The notes below the pieces were generated by a model, which saw only the letters and a list, made by a program, of their open reading frames with translations, was not told the DNA's origin and did no database searches. From an uncultured Polyangiaceae bacterium (GTDB lineage Bacteria > Myxococcota_A > Polyangia > Polyangiales > Polyangiaceae), in NCBI GenBank assembly GCA_965652275.1, contig CBFGUR010000009.1:24940-88939 (forward strand): a stretch of DNA of 64,000 nt, written 5' to 3'. Below are positions 9,901-17,551 of the stretch, piece by piece (position 1 is the first letter of the stretch; each line of letters starts with the position of its first letter). The position numbers were made by a program, and so were the translations under genes.

Positions 9901-11795
9901 CGGATCAGCCGACCAAGTGGAGTCTTCGTTTCGGCGATCGCCGAAAGGGCGCGTTCGGCTTCGGCGCTGTCCCCTTGTTGGTCCGCCGCGGTTGCTACCG
10001 CGAACAGCAGCGTCGAAGCCGATAAGCCCGCACCGTCGCGCAAGCCGATGGATTGAGCGAACGTCGGGTCGAGCAACTCCTGAATCACCCCGAGGACGCG
10101 CGAGGCTCTTCCGCCTCTCGACCCTGGGTCGACGTCTTCGGTAGTGGAGCGGACGGCTCCGAGGAGACGCCGAGCGAACAAAAGGCGAGGGTCCTCCGTC
10201 CCATCCGCCCAGAGCTGTAGGAGCTCGTCTGCGTCGGCGACGCCGAGCTGAGCAAGTCCTTGTCGAGCGCTCTGTGCTACCCTTGCGTTGCCGCTCAGTG
10301 CTCGTCGATACGCTTCTTCGGCGAGGCGGACGTTCTCCGCTTTCTGAAGGAGGGCTCCGGCGATGACTGCGCCACCAGCATGAGGTGGTTCAAGAGAGAG
10401 GTCGAGAAGGCTCGAGCCGAACAGGGGCTCGTTCTTCCCGGCGGTTGCCACGAGGAGTTCGAGTGCGGCTCGGAGCTCGCTTTCTGCTCCGCGTTCCGCG
10501 AGCTCGGACAGTGCCTCGAGGCCGAGATCGAGCACGGGGCCAGGGAACTTCGTGTCCCGAAGGCGCGAGAGGTTTGCTCCGATCTGGGCCAGCAAGGCCG
10601 AAACGGATGCGGACTCTGGGGCGGGGGCGGACATCTCGAGGGGCCCCAAGGCCAAGGCGAACGCCTCGTTTGTTTCGAACACCGAGAGCAGATCGTCTCG
10701 CCCCATGGCGAGCTCTTGGCCCGCCCGAGCACAAAGGAACCAGCGTTCCTCGAGGCTGAAGGTGCCGCCCCCTGGATCGGCACGATCGAGGACCTTGAGC
10801 AAGGCAGTTCGATCACCTGATTCGAGCGCGAGTCGAGCTAGCTTGCGAAGCACACGTGACGACGGTGCAACCGCACACAGTCGATCGAGCACTCCAAGTG
10901 CCGACGCGCGGAGCTGAGGCTCCGCGGCCAGTAGGGCTGCGAGCAGTTCCTGCAGGGCCGGCTCCGGCAAGTCCATGCTACCCAGCCAAGCGCGCACTTC
11001 GTTCGGATTGTTCGCTCGTAATTGCCTTGCTGCGAAAAGAGGGCGGAGTTCCGCGGGGGTCGTAGCCGCACTGGCGCTCGCCCTTGCAGTGCCGCCAAGC
11101 ACGTCACCTGCGGTCGCAACGGCGCCCTGCAGTCTGTCTGGCAGTTCGATCCCCGCCAGGCTCCGTCCTCGGGCCATCCGGTGAACGATTCGCTGAAGTA
11201 AGAGCGCGTTGTCCGCATCACCGGAGCGAGCCGCCTGATCGAGCACCTCCCCCACTTCGTCGGCCTTGCCCTCGAGCGTCAGAGTTTCCGCCAGCAGGCG
11301 AATCGCGTGGGCTCGGGAACTCGTTTGAGCGGCGTGGCGAGCCGAGGCGCGTAGCGCTTGCGGCGCAGCTTCGTGGTTTCCGAGCCTCTTGGCACGTTTG
11401 CTCAGGCTGACGGCTGCAAGCGCCATTTTCGGCGACGTCTCCGCGGCAGCCAGGGCGCAATCGAACGAGCGCCTGTCATCACCAGACTTGGCAAAGAGAT
11501 GGCTTGCTACCAACAGGCCCCGACTCTTTCCAAGCGCGGAGCTCTGATTCATTGCCATGGCCTCGAGTTCCTTGGCGAGTAGCGAAAGCTCAGGGAGCTC
11601 CTTCGGACCTGGTGGATAAAGCGACGTCGCAGAACCGGGAATAGGCTCTGTGCCGTCCCCAGTCCCGGTCACTTCGAACAAGGTCTCGAGACCTCTGGCC
11701 ACTTGTTCCTCGGCCGATAGGGCTACCGATGCGAGCGTCCCCTTTGCCGTTTCCTCCGCCACGCCCGGGATATCTTGTTCGTCCGAGTCGCTCAT
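6957..11795 (-). CDS. Giant helical-repeat (TPR-like) protein, 1612 aa (paralog B)
   Basis: This is an uninterrupted 4.8-kb ORF. Its start ATG overlaps the upstream stop as ATGA (11792..11795). The sequence is Ala/Leu/Glu/Arg-rich helical repeats throughout, with a Pro/Arg-rich C-terminal tail. I saw no signal peptide or TM segment. Confidence 0.85.
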   Translation of the reverse strand: MSDSDEQDIPGVAEETAKGTLASVALSAEEQVARGLETLFEVTGTGDGTEPIPGSATSLYPPGPKELPELSLLAKELEAMAMNQSSALGKSRGLLVASHLFAKSGDDRRSFDCALAAAETSPKMALAAVSLSKRAKRLGNHEAAPQALRASARHAAQTSSRAHAIRLLAETLTLEGKADEVGEVLDQAARSGDADNALLLQRIVHRMARGRSLAGIELPDRLQGAVATAGDVLGGTARASASAATTPAELRPLFAARQLRANNPNEVRAWLGSMDLPEPALQELLAALLAAEPQLRASALGVLDRLCAVAPSSRVLRKLARLALESGDRTALLKVLDRADPGGGTFSLEERWFLCARAGQELAMGRDDLLSVFETNEAFALALGPLEMSAPAPESASVSALLAQIGANLSRLRDTKFPGPVLDLGLEALSELAERGAESELRAALELLVATAGKNEPLFGSSLLDLSLEPPHAGGAVIAGALLQKAENVRLAEEAYRRALSGNARVAQSARQGLAQLGVADADELLQLWADGTEDPRLLFARRLLGAVRSTTEDVDPGSRGGRASRVLGVIQELLDPTFAQSIGLRDGAGLSASTLLFAVATAADQQGDSAEAERALSAIAETKTPLGRLIRLGQAWNGQKSLTPGDFSSTADDPAERAIAYLQEARLPLVASTEDSADPGSKQVAAASEVLLRLAQGIVTGEMDDAAELGSLCAEVDRAAGEIGIDTQKLSGNTSTISPLWLERAKGASDPAARRFAYERLAELDEQRGDRAAALLWQKALAEEFSDYVPALLRLEETLLAQGLSTSSVTDKLAQALPDDDAQTYRLIFGARALAECDLRAARKHLEPLLEVESPPLLAIRGISTLALDKRDDGLLLRSYEKLANLSGTDLDRCSRALARALVLARLGRASEALEWTRKAIDAKPGSFLAHQLLNHLHTPDDPLEHAEQLEAFGHASAVHQHRSEIFFAAGQLFDAAEDPERAADCYELTLEAAPEHQEAFTLLCARRETHGALNEVEKLIEARLSLIQVGGAEHLQLELKLASLLSALERPADAKKHLEAALASHPTHAGALRAHADVSAELGAHEAAERSLAALHARLDPGEERTEVMRSLAHLYDQHLGQLEKAMDAYQAVLTERPEDERTQQDLVRIYSNLGLAERATMMQTKLIQAATTPEKKRDGALKLAEIYEKVADDPKRAGATLERTRKAWPLDASVLEATVRFMDRQGTGGPRGFLLDRAGKDARRKLETGRLDAGLLDTLGRVARLSGRSAQAEMTEAARHAYLGTSPESPIRGAGLGALDPKIDEMISPTGLGAPLRALLRKTGAAMDAAFSVDLANMGARSLTAGPTFDRMQQIAAALNSEAPHLFISDRLGAKCLPVTTEPARLLIGKDLESMPEAERDYLLLRALKLRWLGAGALARSRDEDRYPMLAALLHLFAPNWRPPQVDPRKTAQARALIEQGLARVGYDDDVPMLALEVIGALGNQGANVGDKPRVLASRVALLGMGDPAITISSMARADGVKLASGGPSRFRWIESHHEAKDLLLFSTTEKCARAREALGLALTTEQITSGSAPNVSRGPAPPRRPAPSGTDDRPAPPRRPKPPPPKRS

Positions 11796-14700
11796 GTGCC
11801 CTCCAGGCCGATGCGTCGGCGGATGTTGATGAACTCGTTCGAAAGGACGAAGCGAACGATGTCGGACATCGCCGCGCTCAAGAGGTCCTGATCAGTTGGG
11901 ATCAGGTCGGGGAGTTCGCGAACGACCTTGCATTCGCCGTGAGCCAGAGAGGCTGCCCGCGCCGCTCCGCGCATCGCCGCGTAGGGAGCGTGGGCAAGCT
12001 CGATGCCAGCCCGGCTGAGCTCTGTGTGGAGGGAGGCCAGCTTTTCCCGTGTCTCGGGCGCGATGGATTTGGCGAGCAGACGAGCAAGCTCGTCGACTTC
12101 TTCCCCTAGGTCTCCGTGGGAACGCGCACCGACGACGATCTCGCTCGCGTAGATCCACTTTTTCAGTTCCTCGGGCGAATGGTTGAGATAGACGCTGGCC
12201 TTATGATGGAGTGCCGCCAGCTGGACGACGACTCGAGCGCGATCTCTGGGCGATAGGGGTACGGGGATGTCTCGGCCGACCAAAACGGTAGGAAGGTCAC
12301 CGTGCACCGTCGTAATCAGATCAGGATCGCTTCCGCCGACATAGAGCTCGAAGTCTCCGTGTCCGAAGCATCCCATCCACGTCCCAATTTCCGCGCGGTG
12401 CGGACTGCCTGAGAACTCGTCGGTCCGCATGAGGGAACTGAAACCGAGGGCCTCGGGAGACGGATCCAGTTCTTCCGAAATATGGGGAGCGAGCAGGCCC
12501 AGGTAGGTCCCCGCCGCCCCCAGTTGGAGCGGGTCTGCCAAGGCCTCGAGATCCGAGCGCGACAGCGGCTGGGACGGCAGCGCAAGGCAGCTCTTGAGCA
12601 GCTCCGCCAAACGCTGCTGGTCGGGGTCGGAGAGCTTGCCAGTGAGACCGAGAATGCCGAGGGAGATGCGCTCCATGTAGTCCTCCCCACAATCCCGACA
12701 CAGCCCGGCGAACCGGCGGATCTCGGGCGGATTGAGCGGATTCCTGCGCAGCACTTCGCGGCTCTGTCCTCGTGCGGCAGTCAGGAGACGGCGACGTTCG
12801 TCTGTCGCGAACTCCTGCTCCAGAACAACTTGAATTGCGTCCGGATCGAGAGGAGCATCGCGCAAGACGCAACGCGCCGACCGCTTCAACTCCTCGGGGT
12901 CTCTGAGGTGATCACGTTGGATGGCGAGCATCATACGGGCTGACTCCAGACGTGTCTCGATCTCGTCTTGCTCGTCGTTGAGCGCCGCGAATGCCTTGTA
13001 CGCTTCGCCCCAGTCCTCCGAGCGCGCCAGTGAGCGAGCACGCCGCTCCAATCCGGCGCTGCCCGAGACGCCATACTCGTCCAGTACTTGCAAGAGTTCC
13101 ACCGCGTCGCGGTGACGGCGCATTTGCTCGTAGAGGTCGCATGCATGTAGTCCGGCCGCTCCTCGCTGCGCGGGCGGCGTATCGGGATGCTGGGCGACCA
13201 CGCGCAAGGCGTCGGCCGCCGCGTCAATCCGTCCGTCCACGAGGTGAAGTTCGGCCGAAAGTGCGAGCGCGGGAAGATGATTGGGTGCCAGCTTGAGGAG
13301 CTCCTCCAGCGATCGCAGCGCAATCGTGCGGCGCCCAAGCATTCGACAAAATCGCGCCTTTTCCCAGTAGAGTTCCATCAACAGGCCTTCCGATTCGGCC
13401 GTGTCCAGTCGCGCATCAATCAACTCGACCTGACGTTGGCGATCGTTGCGGTCCCGGGCGAACCTGTAGACACGCTCGAAGGAGACTCGACTCCCTGGGC
13501 TTCGGGCAAGAGCCGCTGTGTAGCATTTCTCTGCTTCCTCGCGGTCATCGAGCTCGTCCTCGAAGAGCACCCCCGCACGTTCCCAAAGCGCGGCGCTTTT
13601 CAGATTGTCTTCCGTCGCTCGAGCGAGCTCACAGGACGTGATGGCCTCGAGGTCGGGTCGACCCACCCGGGCGGCCGCAATCCGAGCACCTTGGCAAAGA
13701 GTCAGGTCGCCCGGGAGCACTTCGAGCAGTCGTTCGAAAACTTGGTTGGCTTCCTCGAATTTGCCCTTGCTGAGGTACTCGTACCCAGCGAGGAGCAGCG
13801 CTCCCTGTGCGTCCGCGTCCTCCATACCAGGGTCCAGGGATACCCCGAGTCGCCATAGTTCCGCGGCGTATTCCTCGGGCGCGCTCTCGTCCGTGTGCTC
13901 GACGATTGCCCAGGAGAGACTCTGTGCAGCGGTGCCCTCGGCACCTTCGCGATGATGACGCAGCAGCTCTCTGTATCCTGCCCGCGACTCATTGCGAAGT
14001 TGAGCTGCAGGGAGCGCCGCCAGAAGGGACGGTGCTTCCAGGTCCTCTGCCAACGCCTGGATCATCCTCCCCTCAATCTCGGGCTCGCGAGCTCGCGTTG
14101 CAGCGACCCAGTGTGTGAGCTTCGAAACGGGCGACGGCGAACGAGCAACCCAATGGCCGGTGGCTGCCAGGAGCTCGTCATTCTGTTCAAGGGAAAAGCT
14201 CCGACTTAGCGGAAGCGCGGCACGTTGCGCCTCGGAGAAGAACTCCGAATCATCGAGGGCATACTCGAGCTCTTGGAGTGATTCCGACGCCTTTTCCAGG
14301 ATCTGTAGGAGCTGCAAGGCGGCGCTGGGAGCGCTCAGGTCGACCGAGGACCATCGGTCCGGTGCCCAGCGTCGCACGACGGCAGCGCGCTCGAGCGGAT
14401 CGTCCGTCGCGTCGGTAGAATCTCCAAGCGCGAGCACTTGGGGGTCTCGAGGGCCGCGCGCAGCTTGAAACCAGGTCTTGAGCCGGGCATCTCCGATGAA
14501 CGCTTCCGAATCATCGTAGGCTTCTTCGGCGCGAAGCGCGTTCCCGCGCTCGAGTTCATCCGCGGCAGCCTTGAGTAGCCAGGCTGCGCGCAAGAGCCCG
14601 TCTTCCTGCCGTTCCGCCGCTTTGCGTCGTTTCGAAGCGAGCAGGGGATCGTTTTGCCGCTCGAGCGTTGCGAGATAGGCGGCGGCAAGGAGTGGATCGG

Positions 14701-16660
14701 AGGGCGAGGAGTGCCATCGATCTCGGAGCAGATCGGTATTCCCCCAAGCCGCAAGTTCGAACACCTCGAGGGCACGGCGCAGCGGGCCTGATACTTCCGC
14801 GTCATTGAGGTATCCCAGGAGTCTCCCGTGGGTGCCCTCGGTTCGGAGCCTTGGTTGCGAGCTCGGCGCGGCGTCGTCACGGCTGGGTTTGTCTTCCGAG
14901 CCTGCCGGTGCAGGCTCTGCGACAGGACCTGGGAGTTGGCTGGATTGAGTGAGCCCAGCGACAACACCGTCCTCCGGCTCCGGCTCCGGCTCGCTCGAGA
15001 CGGAGCTGTTTGAAGCGTCGACTTCAGCCGCAGTGCTCGGCTGAGTTTCGTGGTCGAGCACCGAAGGCGCGGCGTCGGAAATCCCTTCGCTCAACAGAGA
15101 TAGGATGAGCGCTCCCCACGGATCCTCGGTGATCCCGTCCGCCATGGCGCTCGGCACGCGATCCGATTCGAGAACATGGCGTCGAATCCGTTCCCAGCTG
15201 AGGGCTGCACGGTCGGCCTCCGATCCGACCCCCGGCGGCAGAGTCAGCCGGTCCAAGACTCCCCCCGCCAGGCTCTGCGCGGCGTAGAGAACCAATGGAC
15301 CGAGCGCGTCTGTGCCGTTGCTGCGTTCACTGAGAGCGGCCTGAGCCTGGTCGGGGCTTCCCATCACCAGCGCAAGGAGTGCCAAGGCAAGGTACAGAGC
15401 ATCGGATTCAGATGGGTCGGTGTCCCGCTTTGCTTCGCGGGCCCAAGTCGACAGCAGGGACCTCAGAGCTTCGGTTTCGTCGGTCGCTCGCGCGGCTTGC
15501 CAACGTTCCAATTGAGGAAGCAGTCCATTGGGTGCCGCCGCAATGAGCGCTCGCGCCGCTTCGGCGTGTTCCGTTTCGCGTCCGGCTTGTCGCGCAGCGA
15601 CGGCGCGGAGTCCATGGAGCCACGCCAACTCTCGCGAGTTCCATTTGCGTAGTTCCGCCAGCTCCGTCAAGCCCGCGAAGACGGCATCGCTGTCCCCCTG
15701 CTTCCTCCGCATTTCAACCAAGAGCGCTGCGGCTAGGGCGGAATGGGGTGAAGCCCCTCGAAGTTGTTCGCAGAGCTCGGTCGCGGACTCGTCGGACCCA
15801 GAGCGAATGGCGTAGATGATTGCGCGGACGTGCGCCAAGGTCGCACGCTCCTCGCTGAGTTCTTCACGAGGGATCTGGTAGAGGCTAGCCTCCTCGGGCT
15901 CTTCGAGGGCCGCCCGCAGGATTGTTGCCGTCTGAAACGCCGCCTTTTCCGCCTCTTCGTAGCTTTCTGTCCGTAGGCCTAGCTCTTCCCAAGCGCGGAG
16001 GGCGCGCCAACTCGGCAGTTCGTCTACGCTTTGGCGGAGGGCTGCGAAAGCCGCTTCACTCGTTCCGACTTCCACCTCCAAACGGGCCACCCGCTCCAGC
16101 AGGAGACAGCGCATTTCCTCGCTGTTCGCATGCGCGGCCCGGCCGGTCGCGGCCTTGAGCAAGAGCTGGGAGTCGCCGGTTTCTGCGGCGACGGCTTCTA
16201 GCGCGAGCCAGAGCGAGGGTTCGGTGGGGTGCTCGTCGAGCGCTCCTTCAATCAGCTTGCGTGCGGAGGCGACCTCACCCGTCGACAAGTGGGTCAAGGC
16301 CAGACCGAGCGTGGCGCGATGCCGTTCTTCTGGGGAGCGCGCCAGCTTCGTGAGCCGCTCCAGAAGTTTCGCTAGATTGGCTTTGGAGCGACTACGTGTC
16401 GCAATATCGATGAGCCCTTCCACGGGCTCGACGAACCCCGCCGCCTTCTTGGTCGCGGCGAGTTCGTCTCGCGCTGCCGACGCCAAGTCCTCGCGACGTT
16501 CGTGCAGACGCGCCACCTCGTGCTGAAGTAATGCGGCGAGTCCGGCGTCCGCTTGCGACTCGAGTTCCAGACGCAAGGCACGAAGGCTTTGCTCTCTCAC
16601 TTCTTGATCGGGAGACTCCTGAGCCGCGGCCGGAGCCAGTCTGGTTACGCGTACCGCCAT
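11792..16660 (-). CDS. Giant helical-repeat (TPR-like) protein, 1622 aa (paralog A)
   Basis: This is an uninterrupted 4.9-kb ORF. An acidic low-complexity linker (SSEPEPEPEDG) separates an N-terminal helical region from the rest. The C-terminal ~700 aa is collinear with paralog B. Confidence 0.85.
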   Translation of the reverse strand: MAVRVTRLAPAAAQESPDQEVREQSLRALRLELESQADAGLAALLQHEVARLHERREDLASAARDELAATKKAAGFVEPVEGLIDIATRSRSKANLAKLLERLTKLARSPEERHRATLGLALTHLSTGEVASARKLIEGALDEHPTEPSLWLALEAVAAETGDSQLLLKAATGRAAHANSEEMRCLLLERVARLEVEVGTSEAAFAALRQSVDELPSWRALRAWEELGLRTESYEEAEKAAFQTATILRAALEEPEEASLYQIPREELSEERATLAHVRAIIYAIRSGSDESATELCEQLRGASPHSALAAALLVEMRRKQGDSDAVFAGLTELAELRKWNSRELAWLHGLRAVAARQAGRETEHAEAARALIAAAPNGLLPQLERWQAARATDETEALRSLLSTWAREAKRDTDPSESDALYLALALLALVMGSPDQAQAALSERSNGTDALGPLVLYAAQSLAGGVLDRLTLPPGVGSEADRAALSWERIRRHVLESDRVPSAMADGITEDPWGALILSLLSEGISDAAPSVLDHETQPSTAAEVDASNSSVSSEPEPEPEDGVVAGLTQSSQLPGPVAEPAPAGSEDKPSRDDAAPSSQPRLRTEGTHGRLLGYLNDAEVSGPLRRALEVFELAAWGNTDLLRDRWHSSPSDPLLAAAYLATLERQNDPLLASKRRKAAERQEDGLLRAAWLLKAAADELERGNALRAEEAYDDSEAFIGDARLKTWFQAARGPRDPQVLALGDSTDATDDPLERAAVVRRWAPDRWSSVDLSAPSAALQLLQILEKASESLQELEYALDDSEFFSEAQRAALPLSRSFSLEQNDELLAATGHWVARSPSPVSKLTHWVAATRAREPEIEGRMIQALAEDLEAPSLLAALPAAQLRNESRAGYRELLRHHREGAEGTAAQSLSWAIVEHTDESAPEEYAAELWRLGVSLDPGMEDADAQGALLLAGYEYLSKGKFEEANQVFERLLEVLPGDLTLCQGARIAAARVGRPDLEAITSCELARATEDNLKSAALWERAGVLFEDELDDREEAEKCYTAALARSPGSRVSFERVYRFARDRNDRQRQVELIDARLDTAESEGLLMELYWEKARFCRMLGRRTIALRSLEELLKLAPNHLPALALSAELHLVDGRIDAAADALRVVAQHPDTPPAQRGAAGLHACDLYEQMRRHRDAVELLQVLDEYGVSGSAGLERRARSLARSEDWGEAYKAFAALNDEQDEIETRLESARMMLAIQRDHLRDPEELKRSARCVLRDAPLDPDAIQVVLEQEFATDERRRLLTAARGQSREVLRRNPLNPPEIRRFAGLCRDCGEDYMERISLGILGLTGKLSDPDQQRLAELLKSCLALPSQPLSRSDLEALADPLQLGAAGTYLGLLAPHISEELDPSPEALGFSSLMRTDEFSGSPHRAEIGTWMGCFGHGDFELYVGGSDPDLITTVHGDLPTVLVGRDIPVPLSPRDRARVVVQLAALHHKASVYLNHSPEELKKWIYASEIVVGARSHGDLGEEVDELARLLAKSIAPETREKLASLHTELSRAGIELAHAPYAAMRGAARAASLAHGECKVVRELPDLIPTDQDLLSAAMSDIVRFVLSNEFINIRRRIGLEGT

Positions 16661-16835
16661 GCGTTTGAACGGCCCCGCCGGAGAGCCCCAAAGACTTTAT
16701 GTAAGCCCGCCGCCACGCGCCAGACGTTCAGGTAAAAAACCGCACGCCTTTCATCGAATTGCGCCCGCGCGCCTCTGGGAACGAGGTTCCAGCGGACGCT
16801 AACAGGAGATGGCCCGCCTGGGGGCTCGAACCCCT

Positions 16836-17435
16836 TCAGCGCAGCCGCTTGGCCACCCAGAAGCCCCGAGGTGTGTCGACCGGGGTCTTGGTCGTTTCGC
16901 CTTTTTCCAAAGAGAACACGGCGTACTCCACGGCCCGCTCCAGGACTCGCTGCTTCATCCAACCGATGTTCTCGTGGGACCCGTGGTCGCCCTTCTTTAC
17001 CGCAGCCGCGAAGTCCTTCTGCGCGAGCTCGGCCGCCTCCTTCGCCAACGCCTCCGCAGCATCACGGGAGCGCGTGGACTCGCTGCTCCCCTGGGCGCCT
17101 TTGTAGCGGAATAGGACGACTCCCAGCTTGATGCGGTCCGGTGCGGTAGGCGAAAGAGCCGGGACGGGGGTTCCGTCCGGCATCGTGTGAAACTGGGTGG
17201 TGAGCGGCAACGCGCCCGCACTTGCCTTGGGCCTGGCCGCCAGATCGGCCAGGGAAGCCTCGCCGTCATCGTCCTTTTCGTCCTCCTCCGATTCTTTCAA
17301 GTCCGAGGTCTGGGCTTCTTCCGCGGCTGCGGCCGCTCGATCTCGTTGCTTCTGCAGCTTTCCTTCGCGATGGACGAGCCCCGCAACGACGAGGGCAGCG
17401 ACAGCTGCCCAGATTGTAGGTGCTCTGCGCTTCAT
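16836..17435 (-). CDS. Membrane-anchored parvulin-like (PpiC-type PPIase fold) protein
   Basis: The N-terminal anchor is APTIWAAVAALVVAGLV, followed by an acidic linker. The C-terminal ~100 aa (LGVVLFRYKG...IGWMKQRVLERAVEYAVFSLEKGETTKTPVDTPRGFWVAKRL) follows the parvulin pattern. The usual His positions appear substituted. Confidence 0.55.
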   Translation of the reverse strand: MKRRAPTIWAAVAALVVAGLVHREGKLQKQRDRAAAAAEEAQTSDLKESEEDEKDDDGEASLADLAARPKASAGALPLTTQFHTMPDGTPVPALSPTAPDRIKLGVVLFRYKGAQGSSESTRSRDAAEALAKEAAELAQKDFAAAVKKGDHGSHENIGWMKQRVLERAVEYAVFSLEKGETTKTPVDTPRGFWVAKRLR

Positions 17436-17551
17436 TGTTCGCGCCGACTAGCACGAAGGGGCGACATGTAGAAGCAAGTGGGGAAAATCCTGCTGCAATT
17501 TGCGCAGGCCGTCACAATCGGCTCAGAACTTGGTACACCGAATGGCGACCT

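Noticed and set aside
16821-16834. tRNA T-arm-like string GGGGCTCGAACCCC
   Set aside because: It is only a 4-bp stem hairpin immediately after the parvulin-like gene's stop. There are no flanking acceptor, D or anticodon arms and no CCA context. I found no convincing GTTCGAATC-type T-loop with full cloverleaf anywhere in the window.
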